From: a virus
Taxonomy: Duplodnaviria > Caudoviricetes
Direction: 5' to 3' (one strand)
Virus record (IMG/VR): IMGVR_UViG_3300013308_000019
Span: 31,274 to 95,273 of that record
Length of the DNA stretch: 64,000 nucleotides
Shown: one piece after another, positions 26,718 to 35,144 of the stretch
Position numbering within the stretch: position 1 is the stretch's first letter
Layout: each line of letters begins with the position of its first letter
Position numbers and translations under genes: made by a program
The notes under the pieces: generated by a model
The model's database searches: none
Seen by the model: only the letters and a program-made list of their open reading frames with translations
What the model was told of the DNA's origin: nothing

Positions 26718-26812
26718 TTTCTTTTCCTTTGTTTGGAGCGGCTTTGCTTATGTGTCTAGCTTAGCCTAGGTGGGAGAGTATTGCAACCCTCCCACCTAAG
26801 CGTGTTTTGTAA

Positions 26813-27067
26813 CTACGCTTTACCGTAGTGCCCACCGTCTGGCAGGTCACCACAGCAGGGGAAGAAGTGGATAGGCCACGCCTCATCCTCGCCACCCTCT
26901 GCGATGAAATCGGCGTTGTAGTCGAGCCACAGATCACGCTTGCTGTCGAAGTCGTCATCGAACCAGTCGTGACCCTTCTTGGCTTTGGGAACGTCTGCAC
27001 AGTCTGCGCGGTGAACGCTCACGTCGTAGTCGTTGTTCCCATTGCCGTTGATGGTTACCAGTTTCAT
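26813..27067 (-). CDS. small His/Cys protein (cassette)
   Basis: VHRADCAD..FFPCC; own promoter. Confidence 0.75.
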   Translation of the reverse strand: MKLVTINGNGNNDYDVSVHRADCADVPKAKKGHDWFDDDFDSKRDLWLDYNADFIAEGGEDEAWPIHFFPCCGDLPDGGHYGKA

Positions 27068-27161
27068 GATGACTCCTTAGGTCTATCGGCTTGTTCCGAT
27101 ATGAATAGCTTACACGCAAAAGGCCCGAGAACCAAATCTCGGGCCTATGCGTTTTTTGTAG

Positions 27162-27596
27162 CTAGTTGACGTAGATGCTCACCTTGTTGGCAACATCCCA
27201 GACGGCCAGTTCCTCGCGCTCCTTAGCTACGAGCATTGCCGTCTCGTAGTCCTCGTACCACTCGGAGGCTTCAGCGTAGACAACACCGGACTCTACCCAC
27301 GTGCCCATCAGCCCGAGGCCTTCAGTGGTCGCGTAAGCCATTCCCAGTGCGTACTGGTAGTCTCGGGTATCCGAGGCCTTCAGGTCGAACATGTGGGGCT
27401 TGTGGAGGCCTGCCACGTAGTAGCCGGTGGTGTGCGAGGCCATGGCCATGGTGGGGCTGGAAAGGTCGAGAGTGCATCCACCGTTGGCGGACGTCTCACG
27501 TGAGAGGGTGACGCCGCGAATCTGACCATAGGTCCGGAGCTTCGGCGTGACGCCGGAGTTTTCGTTGCGCATGGTCTCTACTGTCTGAGCGGACAT
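27162..27596 (-). CDS. hypothetical protein, paralog of 17772-18131
   Basis: AGGAGG RBS; GYYVAG..MGTW..EREELAVWD. Confidence 0.75.
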   Translation of the reverse strand: MSAQTVETMRNENSGVTPKLRTYGQIRGVTLSRETSANGGCTLDLSSPTMAMASHTTGYYVAGLHKPHMFDLKASDTRDYQYALGMAYATTEGLGLMGTWVESGVVYAEASEWYEDYETAMLVAKEREELAVWDVANKVSIYVN

Positions 27597-27729
27597 TGGT
27601 TCCTCCTGAGTGGATCGGATGGTTTGATATGAAGAGCATACCACTACTTTTGCGGATGATGCAAACTGCGCGGATGACGTGCGTTTTTTGTAAGTTGCGC
27701 GTGAGCGCGGATGCGTGTAAGCTGAGAGT

Positions 27730-27785
27730 ATGAAGCAACCGATTGAAGCTGGGTCACCGGAGGACCCACAAAATAAGTGGGTCGG
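27730..27785 (+). ncRNA. candidate small RNA, family 1 (divergent copy)
   Basis: TTGCGC-17-TAAGCT, then ATGAAGC..GCTGGGTCACCGGAGGACCC. Confidence 0.5.
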
Positions 27786-27874
27786 AAAGTAGGCATCACT
27801 CCATTCTCTCATAGTTTTTGGGTGGTTGTCAAGTGGGCTGAGGGCAAAAGAAAAGGCCCTTTCGGGCCTTCCCT

Positions 27875-28186
27875 TTAGAGTACTTCGTACTTGCCATTCG
27901 GCTGGCGGTACTTGATGTACGTGCAACCGGCGTCGTACTGCGCCCATTCCAGCGGCTGGAATGCATCCTCGCTGTCCGCGTCACCGTAGAAGTAGCCGGT
28001 GAAGTAGCAGTTGTCGTCGTCGTCGTAGAGCTTGAAGTGGGTACCCTTACCGGCCTTGCCGTCGCGGATGCTGGCACGCTCTGCGTTGCTGGTGCCGTAC
28101 ACGCGGGGAGTTTCCAGCTTTTCCAGCTTTTCACCGAAGTTGGGGTTGCTGTCTTCGATTGCCGAGTGAGTGATCGTGAAACCCAT
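27875..28186 (-). CDS. conserved phage hypothetical protein (FKLYDDD..G..PL..AGCT.I.Y)
   Basis: AGGAG RBS; terminator hairpin downstream. Confidence 0.8.
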   Translation of the reverse strand: MGFTITHSAIEDSNPNFGEKLEKLETPRVYGTSNAERASIRDGKAGKGTHFKLYDDDDNCYFTGYFYGDADSEDAFQPLEWAQYDAGCTYIKYRQPNGKYEVL

Positions 28187-28289
28187 TGTGACTCCTAAGT
28201 CCGTTTCTCAAGCTCCCTGCTTGATGACTCAAGCCTATCATCTATTCGGCAGATTGCAAACCCCAATTTCGCAATGCGTTTTTTGTAAC

Positions 28290-28340
28290 CGGCCTGAAAG
28301 TAAAAGGGGTCCTCTGGTTTCCCTGCCTCCGGAGCTTCAT
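28290..28340 (-). ncRNA. candidate small RNA, family 1
   Basis: TTGCTT-17-TACCAT, then ATGAAGC..GGGAAACCAGAGGACCC. Confidence 0.6.
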
Positions 28341-28420
28341 AGTTCCATGGTACCGGCTTTGCCGGTGGGAAGCAAGTCCCTGAGGACAAAAGAATAGGAC
28401 CCCTTTCGGGGTCCTATTCT

Positions 28421-28609
28421 CTAGTCTTCGTCGTCTCGCGGATCGTAGATTTCCCGCTGACGTTCGCGGATTTCGTAGAGTTCCTCGTCCCACTTGCCAA
28501 CCAGTACGCGGTACCGTGCGGCCTGATCGGAGGTCATCCGCTCGCCGTTATCTACCATGTCGTCAAACAGGGACAGTTCGCGGGCCTCTTCGGTGGTGAG
28601 CTTTGCCAT
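28421..28609 (-). CDS. small hypothetical protein
   Basis: own promoter/leader/RBS; terminator 28391-28420. Confidence 0.75.
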   Translation of the reverse strand: MAKLTTEEARELSLFDDMVDNGERMTSDQAARYRVLVGKWDEELYEIRERQREIYDPRDDED

Positions 28610-28701
28610 GATGTTCTCCTAAGTCTCTCGGCTTGTTCCGATGTACTAAGACTACAGGCATAGGGGACAGGATGCAAGTCCTATCCCCTACGCGTTTTTT
28701 G

Positions 28702-29025
28702 TTACCGCTTACGGGTGAACACGTGCCACGTGTGGGGCAGGTTCACGGATCGGATGACCACGGAACGCGGGCTGACCTGTGGCCGCTTGTGGTAGGTCCC
28801 TGTGTACCGATACGGGTTGCTGTAGGTGTAGCGGATGTCTACCGCGTCGAAGGACTCCCACGCGTCACCGATGCCCTTGTAAGAGCCTGTGCACTGTGTG
28901 CGGCCTGTGGTGTCACAGTCCCACGTCTGCGGCTTGTGAGTGGCCGCTGTGGCCGGTGAGAGCATACCGAGGGCGAGGGCGAGGGTTGCGGCGAGGGCGA
29001 GCAGGATGCGGGTAAGGTTTTTCAT
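28702..29025 (-). CDS. secreted hypothetical protein
   Basis: signal peptide ending A-T-A. Confidence 0.7.
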   Translation of the reverse strand: MKNLTRILLALAATLALALGMLSPATAATHKPQTWDCDTTGRTQCTGSYKGIGDAWESFDAVDIRYTYSNPYRYTGTYHKRPQVSPRSVVIRSVNLPHTWHVFTRKR

Positions 29026-29095
29026 GTGTCTCCTTTGGGTTGCGGGTATCCAACATATAAGACTCTAGGGCATGCGGTGCACGATTGCAAGCTGA

Positions 29096-29545
29096 CTATG
29101 CGGCGCACTCGGGGTAGCTCCACAGTTCCACAGATTCGAACTGATGCGCGTAGGCCTCAGCCTCACACTCGTTAGCTCCCATGGTGTGTGCAAGCTCGTG
29201 GAACAGGATGTGATTCCCCCACGCTGTATAGGCAAGCTCAGGGGAGATAAGGACTGCATAGCGCCCATCATCCATAGGGACTGTGCAACCACCTTGGCCT
29301 ACCTCTGAGAGTGTAGCGCCACAGTTGTCTTCATTCTGGAAGACGAACACCACGTTCTCAGGGTAGTCTACGCCACCATCTGCAAGGGCCTCACGTGCCC
29401 ACAGTGAGGGCAGTTTGAATGGGGCGAGGGACAGGTAGTCTGAGTAGTTGGCAGACTCCCTAACAGGGGCTGTAGCAGGGGCTGACGTGGGCACTGGAGC
29501 GAGGATCGCTGACAGGCTGAGGATGATGGTGAGGATGATGTTCAC
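29096..29545 (-). CDS. secreted zincin-like metallopeptidase
   Basis: signal peptide; ILFHELAH..E.EA. Confidence 0.7.
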   Translation of the reverse strand: MNIILTIILSLSAILAPVPTSAPATAPVRESANYSDYLSLAPFKLPSLWAREALADGGVDYPENVVFVFQNEDNCGATLSEVGQGGCTVPMDDGRYAVLISPELAYTAWGNHILFHELAHTMGANECEAEAYAHQFESVELWSYPECAA

Positions 29546-29994
29546 TGTGTCTCCCTTGTGAATGACTGACTACGTCTATCCTCTCATGTGTTTGTCTCAT
29601 GTGTCAACTTGAAATGCTCATGAGTTTATACTGTGTTCAAACGCGCACGCCCGCACGCGCACGTGATTGTCCTCTAGTATTTTATTTTTGTCAAGCCATT
29701 TGGCGATGCGTTTTTTGTAGGCTCGCGTGGTCAATGCGTTTTTTGTAACGCGCTTGGGTGTGGGTTGTGTGGGATACGCGAAGCGTTTTTTGTAGTGTGG
29801 TTTGTGTGGGTTGTTGGGATGCGTTTTTTGTAAGGTGTAGGTTGTGTAGGTTGTATTGCTTTGTTTGATGCGGCATGATACAATCCTTGCGGATGCGGCT
29901 GTTTTTTGGAAACTTTTGGGGGTGGGGTCGCTGTACATACGGCTACCTGCTACTAAAAATAGGAAAAAATTACACTAATATACACAGTTAAGTG

Positions 29995-30303
29995 TTAACT
30001 AGCGTCCAGTACCGCCCGCACTACATCATCCGTGCCCTGTACCACCCAGTACGTCTGTCCGTCTGTCGTGGTCACCTTTGTCCGGAAGTAGTCCTTGAAT
30101 TGAGGCTCCCCATTAGGGAACTGAGCCGCCATAGCACCCTGTAGGCGTTCTACCTGATCAGGATTGGCCCTCCCGATATCCCGCTTCGCCTTGAGATGTG
30201 CGAGCGAATCTCGCTGGTACGATTCATGATCCATCCCATAGCCCACCGTGACAACATGCCTCACCACGATATTTTTTCCATCTGGTGTCGATAACAACTT
30301 CAT
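29995..30303 (-). CDS. FlbD-like domain protein
   Basis: start revised; T.V.T.DG..Y.V..T..V tail. Confidence 0.6.
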   Translation of the reverse strand: MKLLSTPDGKNIVVRHVVTVGYGMDHESYQRDSLAHLKAKRDIGRANPDQVERLQGAMAAQFPNGEPQFKDYFRTKVTTTDGQTYWVVQGTDDVVRAVLDAS

Positions 30304-30536
30304 TTGCTCTCCTTCGGTTTCTGCGCCGCAGCACGGCACATGCGGTCCAGCTTAGCCTGCCCCTCCGCACGTCCAAGCATCCCGTCTGTAATGTTCTTTC
30401 TGTACGTGGGCCAATGTTTGGACCAGCACTCTTTGTACACCGCTTGATTGACGTATACCTCTGGTTTGGTGCTGCCACACGCAGCGCTCCCTAGAAGCAC
30501 GCCTACAGCCAGCAATACTGTTGCCGTCTTCCTCAT
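30300..30536 (-). CDS. putative lipoprotein
   Basis: signal peptide ..SAAC. Confidence 0.6.
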   Translation of the reverse strand: MRKTATVLLAVGVLLGSAACGSTKPEVYVNQAVYKECWSKHWPTYRKNITDGMLGRAEGQAKLDRMCRAAAQKPKESK

Positions 30537-31076
30537 TTGCCTTCTTTCGGTCTCTTAATCTTCACAGGCTTCACAATACAAGCCCCGTAGTGTCCCTTCC
30601 AGAGTCCGCACTCCCCCAATGTGCACGGACCCTGCCGATCCATCAACTCCTGCTCACGCATAGCCAAGATGCGCTCCAGAACCTGTACCCGATACCCTAC
30701 AGCCTCCCGGAGCCTCTTGTCAATCTTCCTGTCCGCCGCAGCGAAGCTCGGAAGCCCGAATGCCTTACCGTCTGCCATTGTGATGCTCCAGTTGCGCTCG
30801 ATACGGATTCTTGTTGTCCTTGGTCGGAGGATGTACATAGCTCAGACGCTTAGGAGAAACCCCTCTTGTCGCGCCCTTGGCCCACCCCTTGTCCCAAGCC
30901 TTTGCCTGATACTCCGTGATAAGCTCGATCAGTTCGCCAACCGCATCCTCGTCCCGGCTCAAAATCTCTTGAATCCTGTTTTCCAAATCAACCCCTTCCA
31001 TCCAAATCCCAAAAATAAAATAGAAAAATTTCTACATAACCATACACACTTACGTGTTAACTTCTAGTCGCGAAGC

Positions 31077-31241
31077 CTACGGTAGCTTCCCTGCCCGCTT
31101 GGTGCCCCCGATGTTTTTAGACCGGCGCACCTGCCGGTTGGGTTTGTACTCCTTCTGGGCCTCGTTGGCTTCGAGAGCCTTCTGAAAGTCGGACTTGGGT
31201 TTCTCGGTCTTGGTCCTTCTCTTGAATGGGTTCCAGTTCAT
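31077..31241 (-). CDS. small basic protein
   Basis: ATG overlaps Thg1 stop; not in ORF track. Confidence 0.55.
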   Translation of the reverse strand: MNWNPFKRRTKTEKPKSDFQKALEANEAQKEYKPNRQVRRSKNIGGTKRAGKLP

Positions 31242-31975
31242 ACGTTCACCCAGTTAACGAGGTCAACCTCAGAGAACCTCGGAGCAGGTTCCACAACCCA
31301 CTTCTTGCGCGTGAACTCTACCGTCTCTTCCACGCCGTTCTTCCGCGTAAAGGAGGTTTTTCCGTAGGCCAGTTTACGCCGAATTAAGGAACCCTCCCTC
31401 ACCCACGGAGCGACATGATGGTAGTTCACCCCGATCTCATCCAGCTTCCTGATCCGACCGTACGTACTCACCCCGTCCAGAGACTTGTGCGAGAAGTGGT
31501 GCGAGGCCAGCATGCTCACGCTGTTCTTGATCGCATCCCCCTGCCGCCAGTCGAGGTACCCCTCAACCAGACCCAGATCGGACAGGTGGTGGACTCGGGC
31601 ATCGAACAGAGCCACATCCCCCTTAGGCCGCAGAGAGTTGAACTTCGCAGTCGCCATGGCCGCAGTGATCGAGACGATCTTCTGAGTCTGACCGCCGAAC
31701 CACCAGTCCGTGTTCTCGCCAGCCAAGTCCGAAAACACCACGGAGATTTCATCCGACTGGGTGTACCCCAGCACAGCCCCGTCGATGTTCTCACACAGGT
31801 ACTGTGCAGTCTCCTGCATATGGAACGTGAAGTCCGCGTCGAACGGTTTCTTCAGCTTCTTGGTGTACTTGGAGAAGCCCTTTCCGTCCACGCGCACAAC
31901 AGCGTAGCTCTTCTTGGGGAGGTACAATCGGTACTCCTTCTCCAAATCCTTCATTACGGTATTCTCGCCGTTCAT
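31238..31975 (-). CDS. thg1: tRNA(His) guanylyltransferase Thg1-like protein
   Basis: VRVDGKGFSKYT, YTQSDEIS, FGG..QK..S, FDAR, WRQ.DA.KNS motifs. Confidence 0.92.
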   Translation of the reverse strand: MNGENTVMKDLEKEYRLYLPKKSYAVVRVDGKGFSKYTKKLKKPFDADFTFHMQETAQYLCENIDGAVLGYTQSDEISVVFSDLAGENTDWWFGGQTQKIVSITAAMATAKFNSLRPKGDVALFDARVHHLSDLGLVEGYLDWRQGDAIKNSVSMLASHHFSHKSLDGVSTYGRIRKLDEIGVNYHHVAPWVREGSLIRRKLAYGKTSFTRKNGVEETVEFTRKKWVVEPAPRFSEVDLVNWVNV

Positions 31976-32289
31976 ATCCTATGCCCTTTCATTGCCCAGA
32001 AGATGTCTAACTCCACCTCCTTACGTGTCTTACCCACTATACGGAACTCGCGCCCGCTTGTCAACTTCACGATCACTGCCGGGTGGTCCTCCATCTTAGG
32101 GGCGACTAACTTGCCCAACTCCCCTTCCAAGTCATCCAAATCCCGGATGCTCCGTGTATCCATCGCAATGTTCATCGAGTCATAATAGTATTTCCGCCAC
32201 AGCCTGTCATACTCGTGTGACACGCCATCCTCCACCGACTCAATGGCCGATACATACACGGTCACACCGTTCAACTCTACCGTACTCAA
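31972..32289 (-). CDS. FlbD-like domain protein
   Basis: VYVSAIESVE..IVKLTSGREFRI. Confidence 0.6.
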   Translation of the reverse strand: MSTVELNGVTVYVSAIESVEDGVSHEYDRLWRKYYYDSMNIAMDTRSIRDLDDLEGELGKLVAPKMEDHPAVIVKLTSGREFRIVGKTRKEVELDIFWAMKGHRI

Positions 32290-32684
32290 TTCTCCCCGTC
32301 CATCAATAGTCCCGCCAAATAGTCAAGGTCATCCAGTTCATAAAGATCGGGCCATACCGAATAATTCCGGCCCAGCACCGTCTCCACCTGTATCTGCTTG
32401 TAGTAGTTGTCGGGCCTCGTGATACTTGCCATCACGTCCCTGAACGATTGATCCTTGTTGTACCCGACGCCAACCGTCGATACGTACTCCGGATTCACCC
32501 ACGTATCCGACGACAGTTGGAACAGGTCGTACACAAGGGGGTAAACGTCTTTCAGCCCCACAGTAGTGCCCGACACCAGCCGCGCAATCTGGTAGTCATT
32601 CTTCCGCTCCACCATCACGATGTGGTCGAAGTTCACCGAACACCCGTCATCATCCAGTCTTACGCGCCTCATCGGTTTCCCCAC
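32286..32684 (-). CDS. tandem FlbD/LytTR-like domain protein
   Basis: VNFDHIVMVE and WVNPEYVSTV repeats. Confidence 0.6.
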   Translation of the reverse strand: MGKPMRRVRLDDDGCSVNFDHIVMVERKNDYQIARLVSGTTVGLKDVYPLVYDLFQLSSDTWVNPEYVSTVGVGYNKDQSFRDVMASITRPDNYYKQIQVETVLGRNYSVWPDLYELDDLDYLAGLLMDGEN

Positions 32685-34379
32685 CAGTACCCTCTAGGAA
32701 ACTGCCGCTCCACATCTTCCGGCGTCATATCCGAAGACAGGGTGATCCCGCCCGGTCCAGTGGAGATCGTAGTACTTCCGATTACAGGCTCATCCCCAAA
32801 TCCGTCGTACTTGTGTTCCTCGTAGTCCTTCGTCCCGCGATACCAGATGCCGAAACCCTGCTTCCCTTTCTGGTCCAGTACCCAACCCTCTCGACCTCGG
32901 AGGTGTACCGTCATGCCCATGGACCGAAAGGCATCCTCCGGAGAAATCCGGTCTGCCAGAAACACTAGTCGATGCCAAAGCCAACTCCGTACCTTCTTCG
33001 TGTTCACTGTTCCCCTTCCTCATACATAATACGGACCTTAGAGCCGTTCGCATTGGTTGTGATTGTTATCTGCCTAATGTCAAACCCTTGTACATTTTCG
33101 ATAACGGTCTCGTCCGATTCAATCGTCGGTACGTCAATTATAAATTCTTTCATCATGCCCTTTCCAGCCATATCTCTACCTCGGTGCGTGTGTCCCCTGC
33201 GGTCCACGACACCTCTACCCGATTTGCTTTTCCGTCCCATTGCTTCGTCAACTCCAGACCGGTACCACGTTCCCACCAGTCCTCGGCAAGTTCCAGAAAC
33301 TTCGCCCTCGCACCGTCGTACGTGTCCCGGAACAACTCGTTCTCCTACTCGGAGATCACATTGCCCTTCTTCACGCCCACACGCCGCATGATGCCCTTGA
33401 TGTACCCTCCGTTGTCGGTCACTCCGAGATACCGTGCTTAGCTTCAATCCGCGCACGCAAACCCGCGTACTCCGCCGCAACCGCATTCACCTGTAGCGCC
33501 ACGTCAAAGTAATGCGCCCGCTCTGGGGAGTCGTCCGGGAACTGGTTACCAACCTCAACAAGGTGGTCCCACACCTCGTGCAACGCTCTTGAGCGAAGCC
33601 GCATAGTCGCCGCCTCGTCTGCTTTTCTGTCTACTGCATCCATCTTTTTCCTCTCGTCTTTATCACATCTGTGATACCCTTTGGCAATCAGTGTGTCCGT
33701 AATCAGTCCCATTTTGGAGGGATGCTTGGACATAAGGCACTCCTGCACCAGAGCCATCATATCTATCCGATCATCCCACATCATAGTCGCCCTTCACGCC
33801 GGAAATCACGTATCCGACCAACGACTGCACTTCCTTGCCCACCGGAACCATACCACGGCGCTTCAAAAAGCTGTAGACAAACGGATAGCACCGTGACACG
33901 CTCTCATCCGAGAACATCACGGCGTCAGATACCTCCAGCGCCTTCCGTACGGTCTCCTGAGCGACTTTCTGGTCGTCCTCGGACCAGTTGTCGTACCATG
34001 GATACAAGGCCCTTACAGCGGCTTCTAGGCGCTTCTCGTCAATCAAATCTTATCTCCTTCAAGCCAGCAGTCACAGTTACGGCGCACGCTTACGGGCCGA
34101 CCCCGGTAAAGTTCCCGGATCGGAAAATAGACTGCACACCGCAGGTCGTGGACGGTCCTCTCCCCTTCGTAAGTGCGGATGATCGAGCGCTGTGTCTCGA
34201 AGTCCTCCGGAAACGGCTCGGAAAGCCAGCAGTCACACTGCGGGAAGATGTACACGTCGTACGTCTCGCCGGTTCGCTCGTTTGTGGGTGGTCTGTAACG
34301 CTTCCGTGTGTTGCAGGAGTTCTGGTGGAACCCTTTGGCGTTGAATTCGAGCAGCAGAAGTTCAGCACGTCCCTCGGAA

Positions 34380-34625
34380 TCAGCCATTCTCTCTCGCTTT
34401 CTTCTTTAAATCAAAATGGTACCAGCGCACCTTGCGCCAGAAGACGGACCACATAGCTCTATCCGTAGCGTGATCAACAGCCACGTCCGCATACCAGAGC
34501 CGCGCACACGTTTTACACTGTATCACAGCCCCGTGAAGCACCTTAGGAGGCTCGAACGCCACGTACATGCCCGTCTCACACTTGTGCGGTGGCTGGGGCT
34601 TCTCAGGGGCATACAGCGTGATCAT
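34380..34625 (-). CDS. HxC-CxxC-VRWYH family protein
   Basis: HKC..CKTC..W..WRKVRWYH. Confidence 0.75.
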   Translation of the reverse strand: MITLYAPEKPQPPHKCETGMYVAFEPPKVLHGAVIQCKTCARLWYADVAVDHATDRAMWSVFWRKVRWYHFDLKKKARENG

Positions 34626-34626
34626 G

Positions 34627-34872
34627 TCAGGCAATTTTACTCCTAAGAATCCAGTGGTACCAGCGCAGCTTCCGCCATTTGTTCTTTGTACAGTTCCCGT
34701 AGTCCACCTCTGCCCACCAGCGCTGTGCACACTGGTCACATTCCATGATGGTTCGAGGCTCTACCGTGCGGTACTGGTTCAACACGTCCAGTTTCGGCAG
34801 GTTGCACCGATGCTCGGCTGCGGGATTGTACAGCAGCACCATTTCGTCCGGGTCAAACTCGCTCGAAGTCAT
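34627..34872 (-). CDS. HxC-CxxC-VRWYH family protein
   Basis: HRC..CDQC..W..WRKLRWYH; AGGAGG RBS. Confidence 0.75.
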   Translation of the reverse strand: MTSSEFDPDEMVLLYNPAAEHRCNLPKLDVLNQYRTVEPRTIMECDQCAQRWWAEVDYGNCTKNKWRKLRWYHWILRSKIA

Positions 34873-35144
34873 TGTTTCCTCCTTTTCTTTATCCACCCTC
34901 CATACTACCTGATTTTAACGACAAAAGCAAGCCCACCCTAGAGGGGCCAGCGCCTGAGAAATTCCTCGTCCGAGACAATCTCCCACTCCGGTTCGACTGC
35001 CCTGCAAGCTTCACAGTAGTCATTGGGTTGAGGCCCGACCACCACAGTCTCTCCGGATACGTAAACGTCGAATTCCTCCCTCTCGGTGCAGACCGACCGG
35101 GAGCCGTCTGCTGTCCGTACATGTGCCATCTTTCCTCCTTCCTC

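Larger units (their letters stand above)
25097..29833 (-). repeat. same 13-bp box, ~15 leftward copies
   Basis: GCGnnTnTTGTA at 25097, 25395, 25543, 25813, 26091, 26513, 26800, 27149, 27681, 28276, 28692 (variant), 29708, 29736, 29783, 29821. Confidence 0.95.

Noticed and set aside
4082-29833. Regularly recurring repeat read as a CRISPR array
   Set aside because: Repeat is only ~13-20 bp and degenerate; intervening DNA is 100-600+ bp of genes and promoters, not uniform spacers; no cas genes.
4082-29833. Box + hairpin read as integron attC sites
   Set aside because: No RYYYAAC/GTTRRRY core pair, the hairpins contain promoters, and no tyrosine recombinase is present in the window; only a functional analogy is retained.
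29618-29938. Minus-strand ORFs across the box cluster
   Set aside because: Low-complexity translation of the repeats (YKKR/TKNA); no RBS; region treated as non-coding.
31415-32185. 256-aa plus-strand ORF
   Set aside because: Shadow of thg1 on the opposite strand.
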